Below are positions 6,670 to 15,800 of a stretch of DNA of 60,043 bases, in pieces. The stretch is from positions 1-60,043 of the IMG/VR virus record IMGVR_UViG_3300020050_007391. One strand, 5' to 3'. Origin of the DNA: a virus. How positions within the stretch are numbered: the stretch's first letter is position 1; every line of letters begins with the position of its first letter. The translations under genes and the position numbers were made by a program. The notes under the pieces are model-generated. The model was given only the letters and a program-made list of their open reading frames with translations. It had not been told where the DNA came from and ran no database searches.

Positions 6670-7218
6670 ATGAGCAACGAAAATGACAAAGAAGATGGAC
6701 GCGATCCTAAAACCAAACAATTCACTTTTGGGAACCGCTTTTGGCTTAGGCGCTCGAGCGCAGGCCGGAAGCCAAAGTTCACGGACCCAGAAGTTCTGTG
6801 GAAATGCGCCTGTGAATATTTCGAGTACACGTCCTCGACCCCGCTTTTTGAGGACAAGGTAGGTTTCTACGAGGGTACAGCCACGCACGAACCCTGCGCC
6901 AAAATGCAGCCATTTACCATCCTCGGATTGTGTATATTCCTCGACATTAACCAAGACACATGGGCCGATTGGAGAAAAAATAGAGCCGATTTATCCGAGA
7001 TCATTACAATGATCGAAAACGTCATAAAGACGCAGAAATTCAATGCTGCTGCTGCTGGTTTGCTAAATGCCAATATTATCTCACGCGACCTCGGCCTTGC
7101 GGATAAGGCAGCGATTCAGGCTCTCGACAAAGACGGTGAGCCGACCGACCTCCCTACTACTACAGACGCCAGCCTAGCATTTGCCCTTGAAGCTGCGAGG
7201 AAGGTAGATGGAGCCTAA
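6670..7218 (+). CDS. terS: Terminase small subunit.
   Basis: PFTILGLCIFLDINQDTWADW...IENVIKTQKFNAAAAGLLNANIISRDLGLADK fits the Terminase_2-type HTH plus C-terminal pattern. It lies directly upstream of terL. Confidence 0.8.
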   Translation: MSNENDKEDGRDPKTKQFTFGNRFWLRRSSAGRKPKFTDPEVLWKCACEYFEYTSSTPLFEDKVGFYEGTATHEPCAKMQPFTILGLCIFLDINQDTWADWRKNRADLSEIITMIENVIKTQKFNAAAAGLLNANIISRDLGLADKAAIQALDKDGEPTDLPTTTDASLAFALEAARKVDGA

Positions 7219-8824
7219 ACACTTCGCGCTTGATTACGAACAAACGGTGAGGTTTTATGCCCATGCCCTGCAACATGCCGCCGATAATGGCGGCCTTGAT
7301 GCTATTAAGGCCCTGAAAAAGAGGCTTGGCAGTCAGGACTTGTTCTTCCTGATGGTTTTCATCCTGAAACGCCGTGACATTATGCGGAAGTGGCTGTTCG
7401 AACGCTGCCGGGAGTTTCAGCGGGCACCGGACAACCACCTCGATCTGTGGGCGCGGGAGCACTACAAGTCCACGATCATCACTTTTGGCGGCACGATCTT
7501 TGAATTTATCAACAACCCCGAGGTCACGGCGGCCATATTCAGCCACACCAAGGGGATTGCGCGGGGGTTTCTGGCCCAGATCAAGCAGGAAATCGAGCAA
7601 AACCCTGAGCTGCATGAGCTGTGGCCCGAGATTTTCTGGGCCGATCCCATCCGAGAGGCCCCTAAATGGTCGATTGATGGCGGTATCATCCTGAAAAGGA
7701 AGACAAATCCGAAGGCCGCGACGCTTGAGGCGCATGGATTGGTAGACGGTCAGCCTACCTCACAACATTTCAGCCTGCGCATTTACGACGACGTGGTTAC
7801 TTTGGAAAGCGTTTCGACGCCCGAGCAAATCCAAAAAACAACCTCGTCATGGCAAATGTCAGATAACCTCGGGGCAGAGGGTGGCCGGGTTCGGTACATC
7901 GGCACACGCTACCACCTCTTCGACACCTACCGCACGATGCTGGATTCAGATGTTGTAACCCCCCGCATTCACCCGGCGACCGTGGACGGCACGGATACCG
8001 GCGAGCCTGTTCTCATGGACAAGGCTTCGCTGATGCACAAGCGGAAGGTGCAGGGTCCGTATGTCTTCTCGTCCCAGATGCTGCTTGATCCGACAGCCGA
8101 CAAGGCCATGGGCTTCAATCTCAAGTGGCTCAGGTACGCAGATGTTGACCGTGGAACGGCCATGCGGGCGCTCTGGCGCTTCATTCTGGTCGATCCGGCG
8201 GGGTCTAAGCAGCGGAAAAACAACGATTATACGACCATGTGGGTTCTCGGGCACGGAGAAGACGGCCAATATCGGGTGCTTGACATACGCCGGGACCGCA
8301 TGAATCTGACAAAGCGGGCGGAAACCCTGATGGAATTGCACCGGATTTGGAAGCCGGGGATCGTGGCATACGAAGAATACGGGATGCAGGCCGATATAGA
8401 GGCCATTAAAATCATCCAGCAGCGTGACCTTTACGAGTTCCCCATTCACGCGGTCGGCGGCGGCATGAAGAAAGAATGGCGGATTCTCCGCCTTATTTCA
8501 CACTTTGAGAACGGATGGAGAGAGGGCGACGGAGAGGGTAAATCGAAGATCATCCTGCCGACAACCTGTGTCCAGATCGATTATCAGGGTGTCGCCGTCG
8601 ATCTGGTGAAGGTTTTTGTCGAGCAAGAATATACAGCTTTCCCGGTTCTGGCCCATGATGATATGCTGGACGCACTGGCCCGCCTCTGTGATTTGGAGGA
8701 ACAAGGGCTGATCCAGAAGCCCAACATCGTGGCGATCCCGGAAAAGGGTGTTGGTTTAGGCGACGGGCTGCGAAACTCTAAATCGCGGCAATCTCTAGGA
8801 GAGGATTCATGGGTTACGGCATAG
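7208..8824 (+). CDS. terL: Terminase large subunit.
   Basis: 538 aa between terS and portal. LWAREHYKST is Walker-A-like, IYDDVVT is Walker-B-like, and the C-terminal half (ILVDPAGS...) is nuclease-like. Confidence 0.85.
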   Translation: MEPKHFALDYEQTVRFYAHALQHAADNGGLDAIKALKKRLGSQDLFFLMVFILKRRDIMRKWLFERCREFQRAPDNHLDLWAREHYKSTIITFGGTIFEFINNPEVTAAIFSHTKGIARGFLAQIKQEIEQNPELHELWPEIFWADPIREAPKWSIDGGIILKRKTNPKAATLEAHGLVDGQPTSQHFSLRIYDDVVTLESVSTPEQIQKTTSSWQMSDNLGAEGGRVRYIGTRYHLFDTYRTMLDSDVVTPRIHPATVDGTDTGEPVLMDKASLMHKRKVQGPYVFSSQMLLDPTADKAMGFNLKWLRYADVDRGTAMRALWRFILVDPAGSKQRKNNDYTTMWVLGHGEDGQYRVLDIRRDRMNLTKRAETLMELHRIWKPGIVAYEEYGMQADIEAIKIIQQRDLYEFPIHAVGGGMKKEWRILRLISHFENGWREGDGEGKSKIILPTTCVQIDYQGVAVDLVKVFVEQEYTAFPVLAHDDMLDALARLCDLEEQGLIQKPNIVAIPEKGVGLGDGLRNSKSRQSLGEDSWVTA

Positions 8825-10758
8825 GCAGAGACTTACCGAATCAAGACTGGGAACTCATTCGCCGCCTTTCACTCCGATGGATGAGGGCGGCAAGTCCACA
8901 TAACCGCTGGGCCAAAAAGGGCAAGCTCTGCACCGATTTCCTTGAAGGAAACCAGTGGAGCGAGGAAGCCAAGGCAGAATTGGCCGCCATGAAGCGTTCG
9001 GCCCTGACAATCAACAAGATGAACACGCTCTATCGCCTTGTTATCGGCTATCAAACGTCGAACCGCATGGACGTAAACTTCATGCCGACGTCCGATTCCC
9101 GGTCTTCTGAGGACATTTCCAAGGTATTGAACGCCATGTTTCAGGCCGAGGCTGGCCGTATGGACCTGAAATGGACGGATTCCGAGGTGTTTTCTGACGG
9201 CCTGATTACCGGGCGCGGCTGGTGGGATGCCCGCCTGTGCTTCACAGACAACGATTTTGGCGAGATTAAAATCAAATCCGAAGACCCATTCAGCATTTAC
9301 GTTGACCCTGATTGCTGCACCTATGACATGAACGAGGACGATGGCGGGGCAGCATATTTACAGAAATCATACTGGACCAGCATTGATCAGGTGGGCGACA
9401 AGTACGGTATCGGTGCGGCTGAGGCTGTTGAAAATCTCGTTTCCCCTGCACATACGTCGCAGCTTCTCTCCTTCTTGGGCGAACAGGACATTTCGCCTGA
9501 ACGATTCTTCGGCCAGTATGCAGACGACAAGGCCATGGGCAATTGGGCCGACGTTTACCACACGGATTTTGTTGATCACCAAGCCAAGCGCCTGCGCCTG
9601 ACGGAATCCCAGTACAAAATCACTCAAATTCGTCAATGTTTCATCGATCTTGAGACTGGCGAACGCAAGCCGGTGCCGGATGAATGGATGAAGCCGGAAG
9701 AGCAGTACCGGATCAGGGCCGTTCTTGACCATGCGGCCAACCTCGGCAATGAAGTCGTCGTAAAGCCTCGCCCGGTAAAAAGCATTCGCTGGACCGTCAC
9801 ATGCGCCGACGCACTTCTGCACGATAGCTGGTCGCCGTATGAATCATACACCCTCATACCGTTCTTCCCGTATTTCCGCCGTGGGACAACACGCGGAATG
9901 CTGGAAGACCTGATCGACCCGCAGCGTGAGGTCAACAAGAAACGCTCCGTCATGACGGACATTCTGAACCGAAACGCAAACTCTGGGTGGATTTATGAAA
10001 GCCAGACGCTCGACCCTGAGCAGGAAGAAAACCTGCGCCGTTACGGTTCTGCCCCCGGTATCGCGGTGAAATGGACCCGCAGCAACCCGAACTCAGAAGC
10101 GCCGCGCCGCCTTGAACCCGGCAATTATCCGCAGGGCCTCGACAGACTGGAAGAAAAGAACGCCATCGACCTTCACGAGATCAGCGGGATCAATGAATCC
10201 GCCCTCGGGCAGCTTGATAGAGTTCAATCTGGCCGCGCCATCGAAGCCCGCCAGCGTCAGGCCGTGCTTTCGATCCAGCCTTATCAGGACAATTTCACGA
10301 GGTCCAAGAAGGTGCAGGGACGCAAGGCTCTCGAAATCTTCCAGAACCATTACACCGAAGAGCGCATATTCCGCGTAATAGGTGAAGACAGCAACATGGC
10401 GACGTATGAGATCAACAAGAAGATCATGACCGGGGATAATGCAATTTCCCGTATGAATGACATCACAATCGGCAAGTACAGCGTCAATATCGATGAAATA
10501 CCGATCAGCGCGACCTTCAAACAAGGCCAGTTCGAGGAAATGATGATGATCCTTGAGAAGCTTGGCCCGATTGGTCAGGCCATGGCTGGAACGCGTCCTG
10601 ATTTGATCATCGATCAGACATCAATACCGCGCAAGGACGAATGGAAAGAGGCATTGCTCGGTAGTGCCGCAGCATTGCCCCCGCCGGGTGCGCCTGCTGC
10701 TGGCGGTGGTATGCCCGTTGGTCCTGCGGCTGGAACACCAGAAATGATGGCATCATGA
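8809..10758 (+). CDS. Portal protein.
   Basis: 649 aa immediately after terL with a 16-nt overlap and a GGAGAGG RBS. Size and position are typical of a portal. Confidence 0.8.
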   Translation: MGYGIGRDLPNQDWELIRRLSLRWMRAASPHNRWAKKGKLCTDFLEGNQWSEEAKAELAAMKRSALTINKMNTLYRLVIGYQTSNRMDVNFMPTSDSRSSEDISKVLNAMFQAEAGRMDLKWTDSEVFSDGLITGRGWWDARLCFTDNDFGEIKIKSEDPFSIYVDPDCCTYDMNEDDGGAAYLQKSYWTSIDQVGDKYGIGAAEAVENLVSPAHTSQLLSFLGEQDISPERFFGQYADDKAMGNWADVYHTDFVDHQAKRLRLTESQYKITQIRQCFIDLETGERKPVPDEWMKPEEQYRIRAVLDHAANLGNEVVVKPRPVKSIRWTVTCADALLHDSWSPYESYTLIPFFPYFRRGTTRGMLEDLIDPQREVNKKRSVMTDILNRNANSGWIYESQTLDPEQEENLRRYGSAPGIAVKWTRSNPNSEAPRRLEPGNYPQGLDRLEEKNAIDLHEISGINESALGQLDRVQSGRAIEARQRQAVLSIQPYQDNFTRSKKVQGRKALEIFQNHYTEERIFRVIGEDSNMATYEINKKIMTGDNAISRMNDITIGKYSVNIDEIPISATFKQGQFEEMMMILEKLGPIGQAMAGTRPDLIIDQTSIPRKDEWKEALLGSAAALPPPGAPAAGGGMPVGPAAGTPEMMAS

Positions 10759-10937
10759 GCGCAAACGACAACGTAACGAACATCGGAGCAAACCCAAAGG
10801 TTTCGACGCTGTACGAAAAACTCAACGCGGTTATCGAAGACCACGTAATGAATTGTCCTCATCCGGTGACGGGCGCAGAAGTCATTGGCACACTGGAATT
10901 CCTCAAGGCTGCGCACATGGGAGTGTATGATAAATGA
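10755..10937 (+). CDS. Hypothetical small protein.
   Basis: Track ORF, coupled to the portal stop. Confidence 0.5.
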   Translation: MSANDNVTNIGANPKVSTLYEKLNAVIEDHVMNCPHPVTGAEVIGTLEFLKAAHMGVYDK

Positions 10938-11461
10938 CAGATACAACAGACAAGCACTTTTGCCCTCGACGTGAAGAGGCTCCGCATATTGCCAAGGCAT
11001 TCCCGGAAGGAGACGTTTGGGATGATCGTGATGGATATCGCGCCTGCACTTACTGTGGGTCGATGCACCCGGACGATTTGTTTGAAGCAATAGAACGTGG
11101 TGACAAGCTCGGTCCAACCGATAAGAGCTACAAGATTTATGTTGATCTGCCGCATAAAAACCCTGACTCCGTGCGCGTTGTTGGCTCTGCTAATTTCAAA
11201 CCGGGCGACTCCTACAAGAACTGGAATGATCTGACGCCAGAAGAGAAAGAAATTGCAAAGGGCTATGATCCAACTGATGGGCAGGAAAGATTCATTCAGT
11301 TCGGAACAAACGGCGCTATCAATCACGCCAAGTTTTATTTCCAGCACCTTTCACCGGAGCAACGTACCAAATTTGTTCAGCTCTTGAATGACAAGAAGAT
11401 GAACATCGGATACCCCGGATATTTTTACTCTCTCCCATATTTTGTGAAGAAAGAACTGTAA
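10934..11461 (+). CDS. Hypothetical protein.
   Basis: Track ORF with an ATGA overlap with the upstream gene. Confidence 0.6.
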   Translation: MTDTTDKHFCPRREEAPHIAKAFPEGDVWDDRDGYRACTYCGSMHPDDLFEAIERGDKLGPTDKSYKIYVDLPHKNPDSVRVVGSANFKPGDSYKNWNDLTPEEKEIAKGYDPTDGQERFIQFGTNGAINHAKFYFQHLSPEQRTKFVQLLNDKKMNIGYPGYFYSLPYFVKKEL

Positions 11462-11464
11462 GAC

Positions 11465-12025
11465 ATGAAGGCTAATTTACCTGAAAATATTTGGAACTCA
11501 CCCGCGATCCGCAAACGCCTCTGGCAAGAAGCTGGTTTCGACATCGACCGTGGCGTGTTCAAGCAACAGTACTGGATGCTTGTTCCAGAGGCCCCGAGTA
11601 TGCGCGGTGAAATCACACTGCGAAACTATACTCCATCGGTAATCGACGTTGATCCGCACGAGCTACAGGTACATTTTGCCAAAGAAATGCGTGAAGCCCT
11701 GCAACGTACCGTCGCCCATGATGGTGTCTGGATCGTCGGCTACACCCACCCGCCGGGCAGCGATCAAGTAGTGCGCGTCGATGGTGACAATGCGTGGAAC
11801 CGGATCATCATGATCTGGCTGGACGAGGACGCAGATGCACAATTCACTGTCGAATCAGACCTTCCGTTCATCGATATGGTCACTGCGGGCAAGCACTATT
11901 ACTGCAATCTGGCCGATCAGGCGTGGGAGAAATATGAAGAGGCGTTCGGTAAGCGGGCCATGAAGGGCGATTTCATGCTGTCCGAAGACCAGAAAAACAA
12001 GGAAGCCCTATCGACTTTGCGTTAG
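11465..12025 (+). CDS. Hypothetical protein.
   Basis: Track ORF, followed by a terminator. Confidence 0.6.
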   Translation: MKANLPENIWNSPAIRKRLWQEAGFDIDRGVFKQQYWMLVPEAPSMRGEITLRNYTPSVIDVDPHELQVHFAKEMREALQRTVAHDGVWIVGYTHPPGSDQVVRVDGDNAWNRIIMIWLDEDADAQFTVESDLPFIDMVTAGKHYYCNLADQAWEKYEEAFGKRAMKGDFMLSEDQKNKEALSTLR

Positions 12026-12057
12026 AATACTTGATCAACCGTGAACCTCTTAACTTG

Positions 12058-12084
12058 CCGCCCGGAAACGGGCGGTTTTCTTTT
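12058..12084 (+). terminator. Rho-independent terminator.
   Basis: CCGCCCG, loop GAAA, CGGGCGG, followed by TTTTCTTTT. Confidence 0.8.
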
Positions 12085-12129
12085 GTCAATCTGCGCACGC
12101 CGATATTCTTTTAAAATCAATGCCTTAAC

Positions 12130-12144
12130 TTAATTTTAGATTAA
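12130..12144. promoter_or_regulatory. TTAA-N7-TTAA element (CtrA-box-like) in an AT-rich gap.
   Basis: TTAA(12130-12133), ttttaga, TTAA(12141-12144). This could arise by chance in AT-rich DNA. Confidence 0.2.
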
Positions 12145-12216
12145 AATGAACGGAGTTTGCGCACGCCGTCTTGCTCACTATCGAAAACTGACGCAAAATT
12201 AGGTTGGGAGATTCGT

Positions 12217-12369
12217 ATGCCGGTAAGCCTTCAATGGGCCATCGCCAAAATCATGAAGATCATCAACCCGAAGTTCTATGGGACATTCACCTTGACGTTC
12301 AATGCCGGACAGTGCGTTGGACTTGAGGTAAAGGAAACCTTCAAGCCCGATCCCCAAGAGTTGACCTGA
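12217..12369 (+). CDS. Small moron-like protein (50 aa), possibly DUF2292/YezD-like.
   Basis: ATG at 12217 follows GGGAGA. FYGTFTLTFNAGQCVGLEVKETFKP resembles the small beta-hairpin YezD pattern. Terminators flank it on both sides. Confidence 0.45.
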   Translation: MPVSLQWAIAKIMKIINPKFYGTFTLTFNAGQCVGLEVKETFKPDPQELT

Positions 12370-12413
12370 TCACAGAAAACACATAGAATCTGGTCATGGT
12401 ATCGGAAAAACCG

Positions 12414-12452
12414 GGCCGCTTTCGCGCTTGATTGCGCGAGGCGGCCTTTTTG
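12414..12452 (+). terminator. Rho-independent terminator.
   Basis: GGCCGC(12414-12419) pairs with GCGGCC(12441-12446), inner GCGC/GCGC pairs are present, and TTTTTG follows. Confidence 0.7.
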
Positions 12453-12574
12453 CATTCTGAAATCATCCCATTCGTCAGGGGTATATGACGCTTCCGCCCG
12501 GTGCATGGCGTAAATGCACCAGCCGCCGCCGGGTTTTCGGGCGCTAACCGCAAGTCAGCGAAAAGGACACAGAA

Positions 12575-13729
12575 ATGCCCGTTGAAAACGAACAAATCGA
12601 AGACGTGAACGCCCAAGAAGCGCCCACAAACCAAGGAAATCCCGCAGAAAACGACCCGGTAGAGCAGTATGAGGATGATGATCCGATGCTGAAATCTATG
12701 CGGGAAGCAGAAGCGGAAATTGCAGCAGAAGCCGAAGGTAAACCCGCCGACCAGCCCGCAGAAGATCAGCCGCAAGGCGAACCGAAGCAGGCGGCACCGG
12801 CAGCAGAACCCAAAGGTCAGCCGCAAGGAGGGGACAATAACAAATCCCCGATGATTCCCAAGGCTCGATTTGACGATGTTTTATCGGAGCGTGACCACTA
12901 CAGACAAGCGACCACGTATCTTCAAGGAATTGTGGATACACAGACCAAGATGCTCAAGGAAGGGGTGGTCCCAACGGCAAAAGCCGAAGGAGAACCGATC
13001 CAAGGCCAAGAGCAAGGAGGTCAGGCAGCTCCTAAGCCTGCTGCGAATGCGATTGAAACCCAGATTACCGGCATCGAAGATAAAAAAATCGATCTTGGTG
13101 AGAAGTACGAAAACGGAGAAATCAGCTTCGTTGAAATGCAGAAGGGTTTGATTGAGGCAGACAGGCAAATCAGGGCGCTCGATGAACAGCGGCTTATCGC
13201 TATTTCAGAGAACGCCAAAAATACGGCTGTTGAAGTCGTTTCTGCCAACAACAGGCAGATGCAAATCAACAACGAAGCCGTAAGGATTCAGGAGCAGCAC
13301 CCGTATGTAGCCGAGATTGACGCCCTGCCTGCGGGTATCCGCGATGGTGTTTGGGCAGAGATCACAAAAGAGGCCGCACAGAATCTCGCCGCCAAAGGGA
13401 TCAATCCCAATGATGGCAGTGCAGCTTCCAGGCTGGCTCTCATACAGGAAAAGGCCGCGCTGACGAACGTATATGGCCCGCGCTACACCGGAAAGAACAT
13501 CCAGACTACCAATGCCAACGGGAACAACAAGGGACGGTCTGAAACAGCTCAACAGCGGGCTACCAAACTTGACCTTGCAGATCAACAACCGCCTGAGCTT
13601 TCACCAACCGGTGCACAGGAATCCAGAGAATTGACCGCAAAAGACATCGAGAACATGACCCAAGATGAGGTTGCGGACGCTTTACAAAGGAATCCCAAGC
13701 TGTTGGAGAAGGTCGCAGGTTTCCGTTAA
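12575..13729 (+). CDS. Scaffolding protein (putative).
   Basis: Lies directly upstream of the capsid gene. The N-terminus is acidic and low-complexity, followed by long helical, Gln/Glu/Ala-rich sequence. Confidence 0.6.
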   Translation: MPVENEQIEDVNAQEAPTNQGNPAENDPVEQYEDDDPMLKSMREAEAEIAAEAEGKPADQPAEDQPQGEPKQAAPAAEPKGQPQGGDNNKSPMIPKARFDDVLSERDHYRQATTYLQGIVDTQTKMLKEGVVPTAKAEGEPIQGQEQGGQAAPKPAANAIETQITGIEDKKIDLGEKYENGEISFVEMQKGLIEADRQIRALDEQRLIAISENAKNTAVEVVSANNRQMQINNEAVRIQEQHPYVAEIDALPAGIRDGVWAEITKEAAQNLAAKGINPNDGSAASRLALIQEKAALTNVYGPRYTGKNIQTTNANGNNKGRSETAQQRATKLDLADQQPPELSPTGAQESRELTAKDIENMTQDEVADALQRNPKLLEKVAGFR

Positions 13730-13783
13730 TCGGGCCGAGATCATGGTGATCCGCGCCCACACTAGGCAAAAGGAGAACATGCC

Positions 13784-14887
13784 ATGACTGCTACCGACTT
13801 TGGCGCTCTTACAGCGGCACAAAAGAAGGTCTGGGCTGGTAAACTTTGGATTCAATTCCGGGACGAATCGTTCTGGCAATCCAACGGTTTCATCGGCACA
13901 AACATGAACACCCCGATTCATCGTGTCGATGAACTGACCAAGACCACACGCGGCCTTGAGTGCGTTATGCAGCTTGTCAACGACCTCGAAAACGACGGCG
14001 TTGCAGGCGATAACGACCTGACTGGCAACGAAGAGGAAATGGTCAACGACGCTCAGATCATCAAGATCGACCAACTGGCACATGCGGTTAAATCCAAAGG
14101 CCAGATGTCAGAGCAAGCGACCGTTATCCGTTTCCGCGAACAAGCTAAAGACAAGCTGGCTTTCTGGCTGCCGGATAAGATCGATGAACTGATGTTCCTG
14201 ACAGCCGCAGGCCGTCCGTACACCAAAAAGGTTGACCTGTCCACTCGTGGTGCAAGCCAGCTCCCGCAGCTTGCTTTTGCGTCTGATGTGACAGCGCCTT
14301 CGACAAACCGGATCAAATACGCTGGTACGGCAACGTCGGAAGCTACGTTGACCAACTCCGACAAGCTCTCTTGGAACCTCTGCGTCGAGGCCAAGACATA
14401 TGCACGTCGTCAGGGTATCCGCCCCATCCGTCAGGGTGGAAAGGAATACTATGCGATGGTCATTTCTCCGGAGCAGCGTCGTGATCTGGTGACGGACACA
14501 AACTATCAAACAATCGTCAGCCGTGCTGCGGATCGTGGTTCCAACAACCCGCTGTTCCGTAACGCTCTGGCCGTTGTTGACGGTCTGATCCTGTACGAAC
14601 ACCGCAAGGTTATCAACACAACTGGCCTGACCAGCGGTGTTGATAAATGGGGCTCAGGCTTCAACCTTGACGGCGCTCAGGCTACCCTCATGGGTGCTGG
14701 CGCTCTGGGCTTCACGACCCTTGGCGGTGGTGAATGGCTCGAAGGTGATATCAACGACTATGGCCGCAAGCCGTCGATTGGTTATCAGCAGATGCTCGGT
14801 ATCCTCAAGCCTCAGTTCAAGCCGACGAAATCCGGCACGAAAGAGGACTATGGCACCGTCGCTGTCAAGACCTACGCGAAAATCTAA
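13784..14887 (+). CDS. Major capsid protein, HK97 fold, N4-gp56-type family.
   Basis: 367 aa. The DNDLTGNEEEM motif is like the LEGNEE signature of N4-gp56-family capsid proteins. It sits after the scaffold gene and has a strong RBS (AAGGAGAACATGCC). Confidence 0.8.
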   Translation: MTATDFGALTAAQKKVWAGKLWIQFRDESFWQSNGFIGTNMNTPIHRVDELTKTTRGLECVMQLVNDLENDGVAGDNDLTGNEEEMVNDAQIIKIDQLAHAVKSKGQMSEQATVIRFREQAKDKLAFWLPDKIDELMFLTAAGRPYTKKVDLSTRGASQLPQLAFASDVTAPSTNRIKYAGTATSEATLTNSDKLSWNLCVEAKTYARRQGIRPIRQGGKEYYAMVISPEQRRDLVTDTNYQTIVSRAADRGSNNPLFRNALAVVDGLILYEHRKVINTTGLTSGVDKWGSGFNLDGAQATLMGAGALGFTTLGGGEWLEGDINDYGRKPSIGYQQMLGILKPQFKPTKSGTKEDYGTVAVKTYAKI

Positions 14888-14897
14888 CCCAACATGG

Positions 14898-14916
14898 GGG
14901 CCGCATTAAGCGGCCC
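14898..14916 (+). terminator. Stem-loop after the capsid gene, a possible attenuator.
   Basis: GGGCCGC, loop ATTAA, GCGGCCC. The downstream T-tract is weak. Confidence 0.4.
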
Positions 14917-14953
14917 TCACCCCCTTTGAACAATCTTTTAAGGAGAAATCCAA

Positions 14954-15724
14954 ATGAGGAAATTTCGTATCCAACTGGTCGATATGGTGACAAAAGCCGC
15001 CATCCAGACCGCTGGTGGCAAGGCGTATGTCGCTCTTAACGGCGAAGCCAAAAAAGCCACGCTTTATGACGAAGACGGTGCAGCCCTGTCAAACCCTGTA
15101 TCGCTGACCAACGGTATTCTTGAGTTCTATACCGCTGATTCCGTGAGCAAGGCTGACCTGTTCGTTCAGTCTCCTACTGGCCACTTCACTGTGATCAAGG
15201 ACGTTATCGCGTCTGGTCCGAACTCTCTCTACATCGATACAAGCCGTCTGGATACCGTCATGGTTATCCCGTTCAGCATCGATGACACGACCGCGACGAC
15301 TGAAACAGACACCGGTTTTGATCTGCCGACAAATGCAGCCGTCATTCCCGATGGTATTGGCGTCAATGTTCTGACGCTGGATGCCACGGAAACGATTGAC
15401 GTTGGCATTCTGTCCAGTGAATCAGGCGGTGATGCCAATGGTTTCTTGGCTCTGGCGTCTGTCGCGGCTGCCGTGTTTGTTCCGGGTGCAACCGTCGTGA
15501 CGACGGGCAGCAACGAAACATACCTTGCCTCCACAACGCTCGGTGCCTTGGTCCATAATTTCTTGGCCGGTGCTGACGTGGCTGGTGATGTTGGAACGTC
15601 GTACAAGAAACTGCTTGTTTGCGACGGTACTGCAAAATCAATCAGCTACACACTGACGGCTGGCACTGATACGGCAGAAGGCTTTATCACCATCCCGCTG
15701 CAACTGCCGTACGCCTCGCTGTAA
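14954..15724 (+). CDS. Virion protein candidate (head decoration or fibre-like).
   Basis: 256 aa, Thr/Ala/Gly-rich and beta-like. Bracketed by stem-loops directly after the capsid gene. The N-terminus weakly resembles the shared fibre module (ATLYDEDGAALSNPVSLTNG). Confidence 0.4.
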   Translation: MRKFRIQLVDMVTKAAIQTAGGKAYVALNGEAKKATLYDEDGAALSNPVSLTNGILEFYTADSVSKADLFVQSPTGHFTVIKDVIASGPNSLYIDTSRLDTVMVIPFSIDDTTATTETDTGFDLPTNAAVIPDGIGVNVLTLDATETIDVGILSSESGGDANGFLALASVAAAVFVPGATVVTTGSNETYLASTTLGALVHNFLAGADVAGDVGTSYKKLLVCDGTAKSISYTLTAGTDTAEGFITIPLQLPYASL

Positions 15725-15750
15725 TAGCGCGGTATATCTGATTTAAATAA

Positions 15751-15780
15751 AGCCGGGGCAATCCCGCCCCGGCTTTTATC
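15751..15780 (+). terminator. Rho-independent terminator.
   Basis: AGCCGGGG(15751-15758) pairs with CCCCGGCT(15767-15774), then TTTTATC. Confidence 0.7.
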
Positions 15781-15800
15781 AAAGAAGGAACATAAAGGTC

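Noticed and set aside
12130-12144. The TTAA-N7-TTAA element as a confident CtrA binding site.
   Set aside because: It is kept only as a low-confidence note. The surrounding 50 nt are very AT-rich with several TTAA words, so a chance match is likely, and the host is not established.
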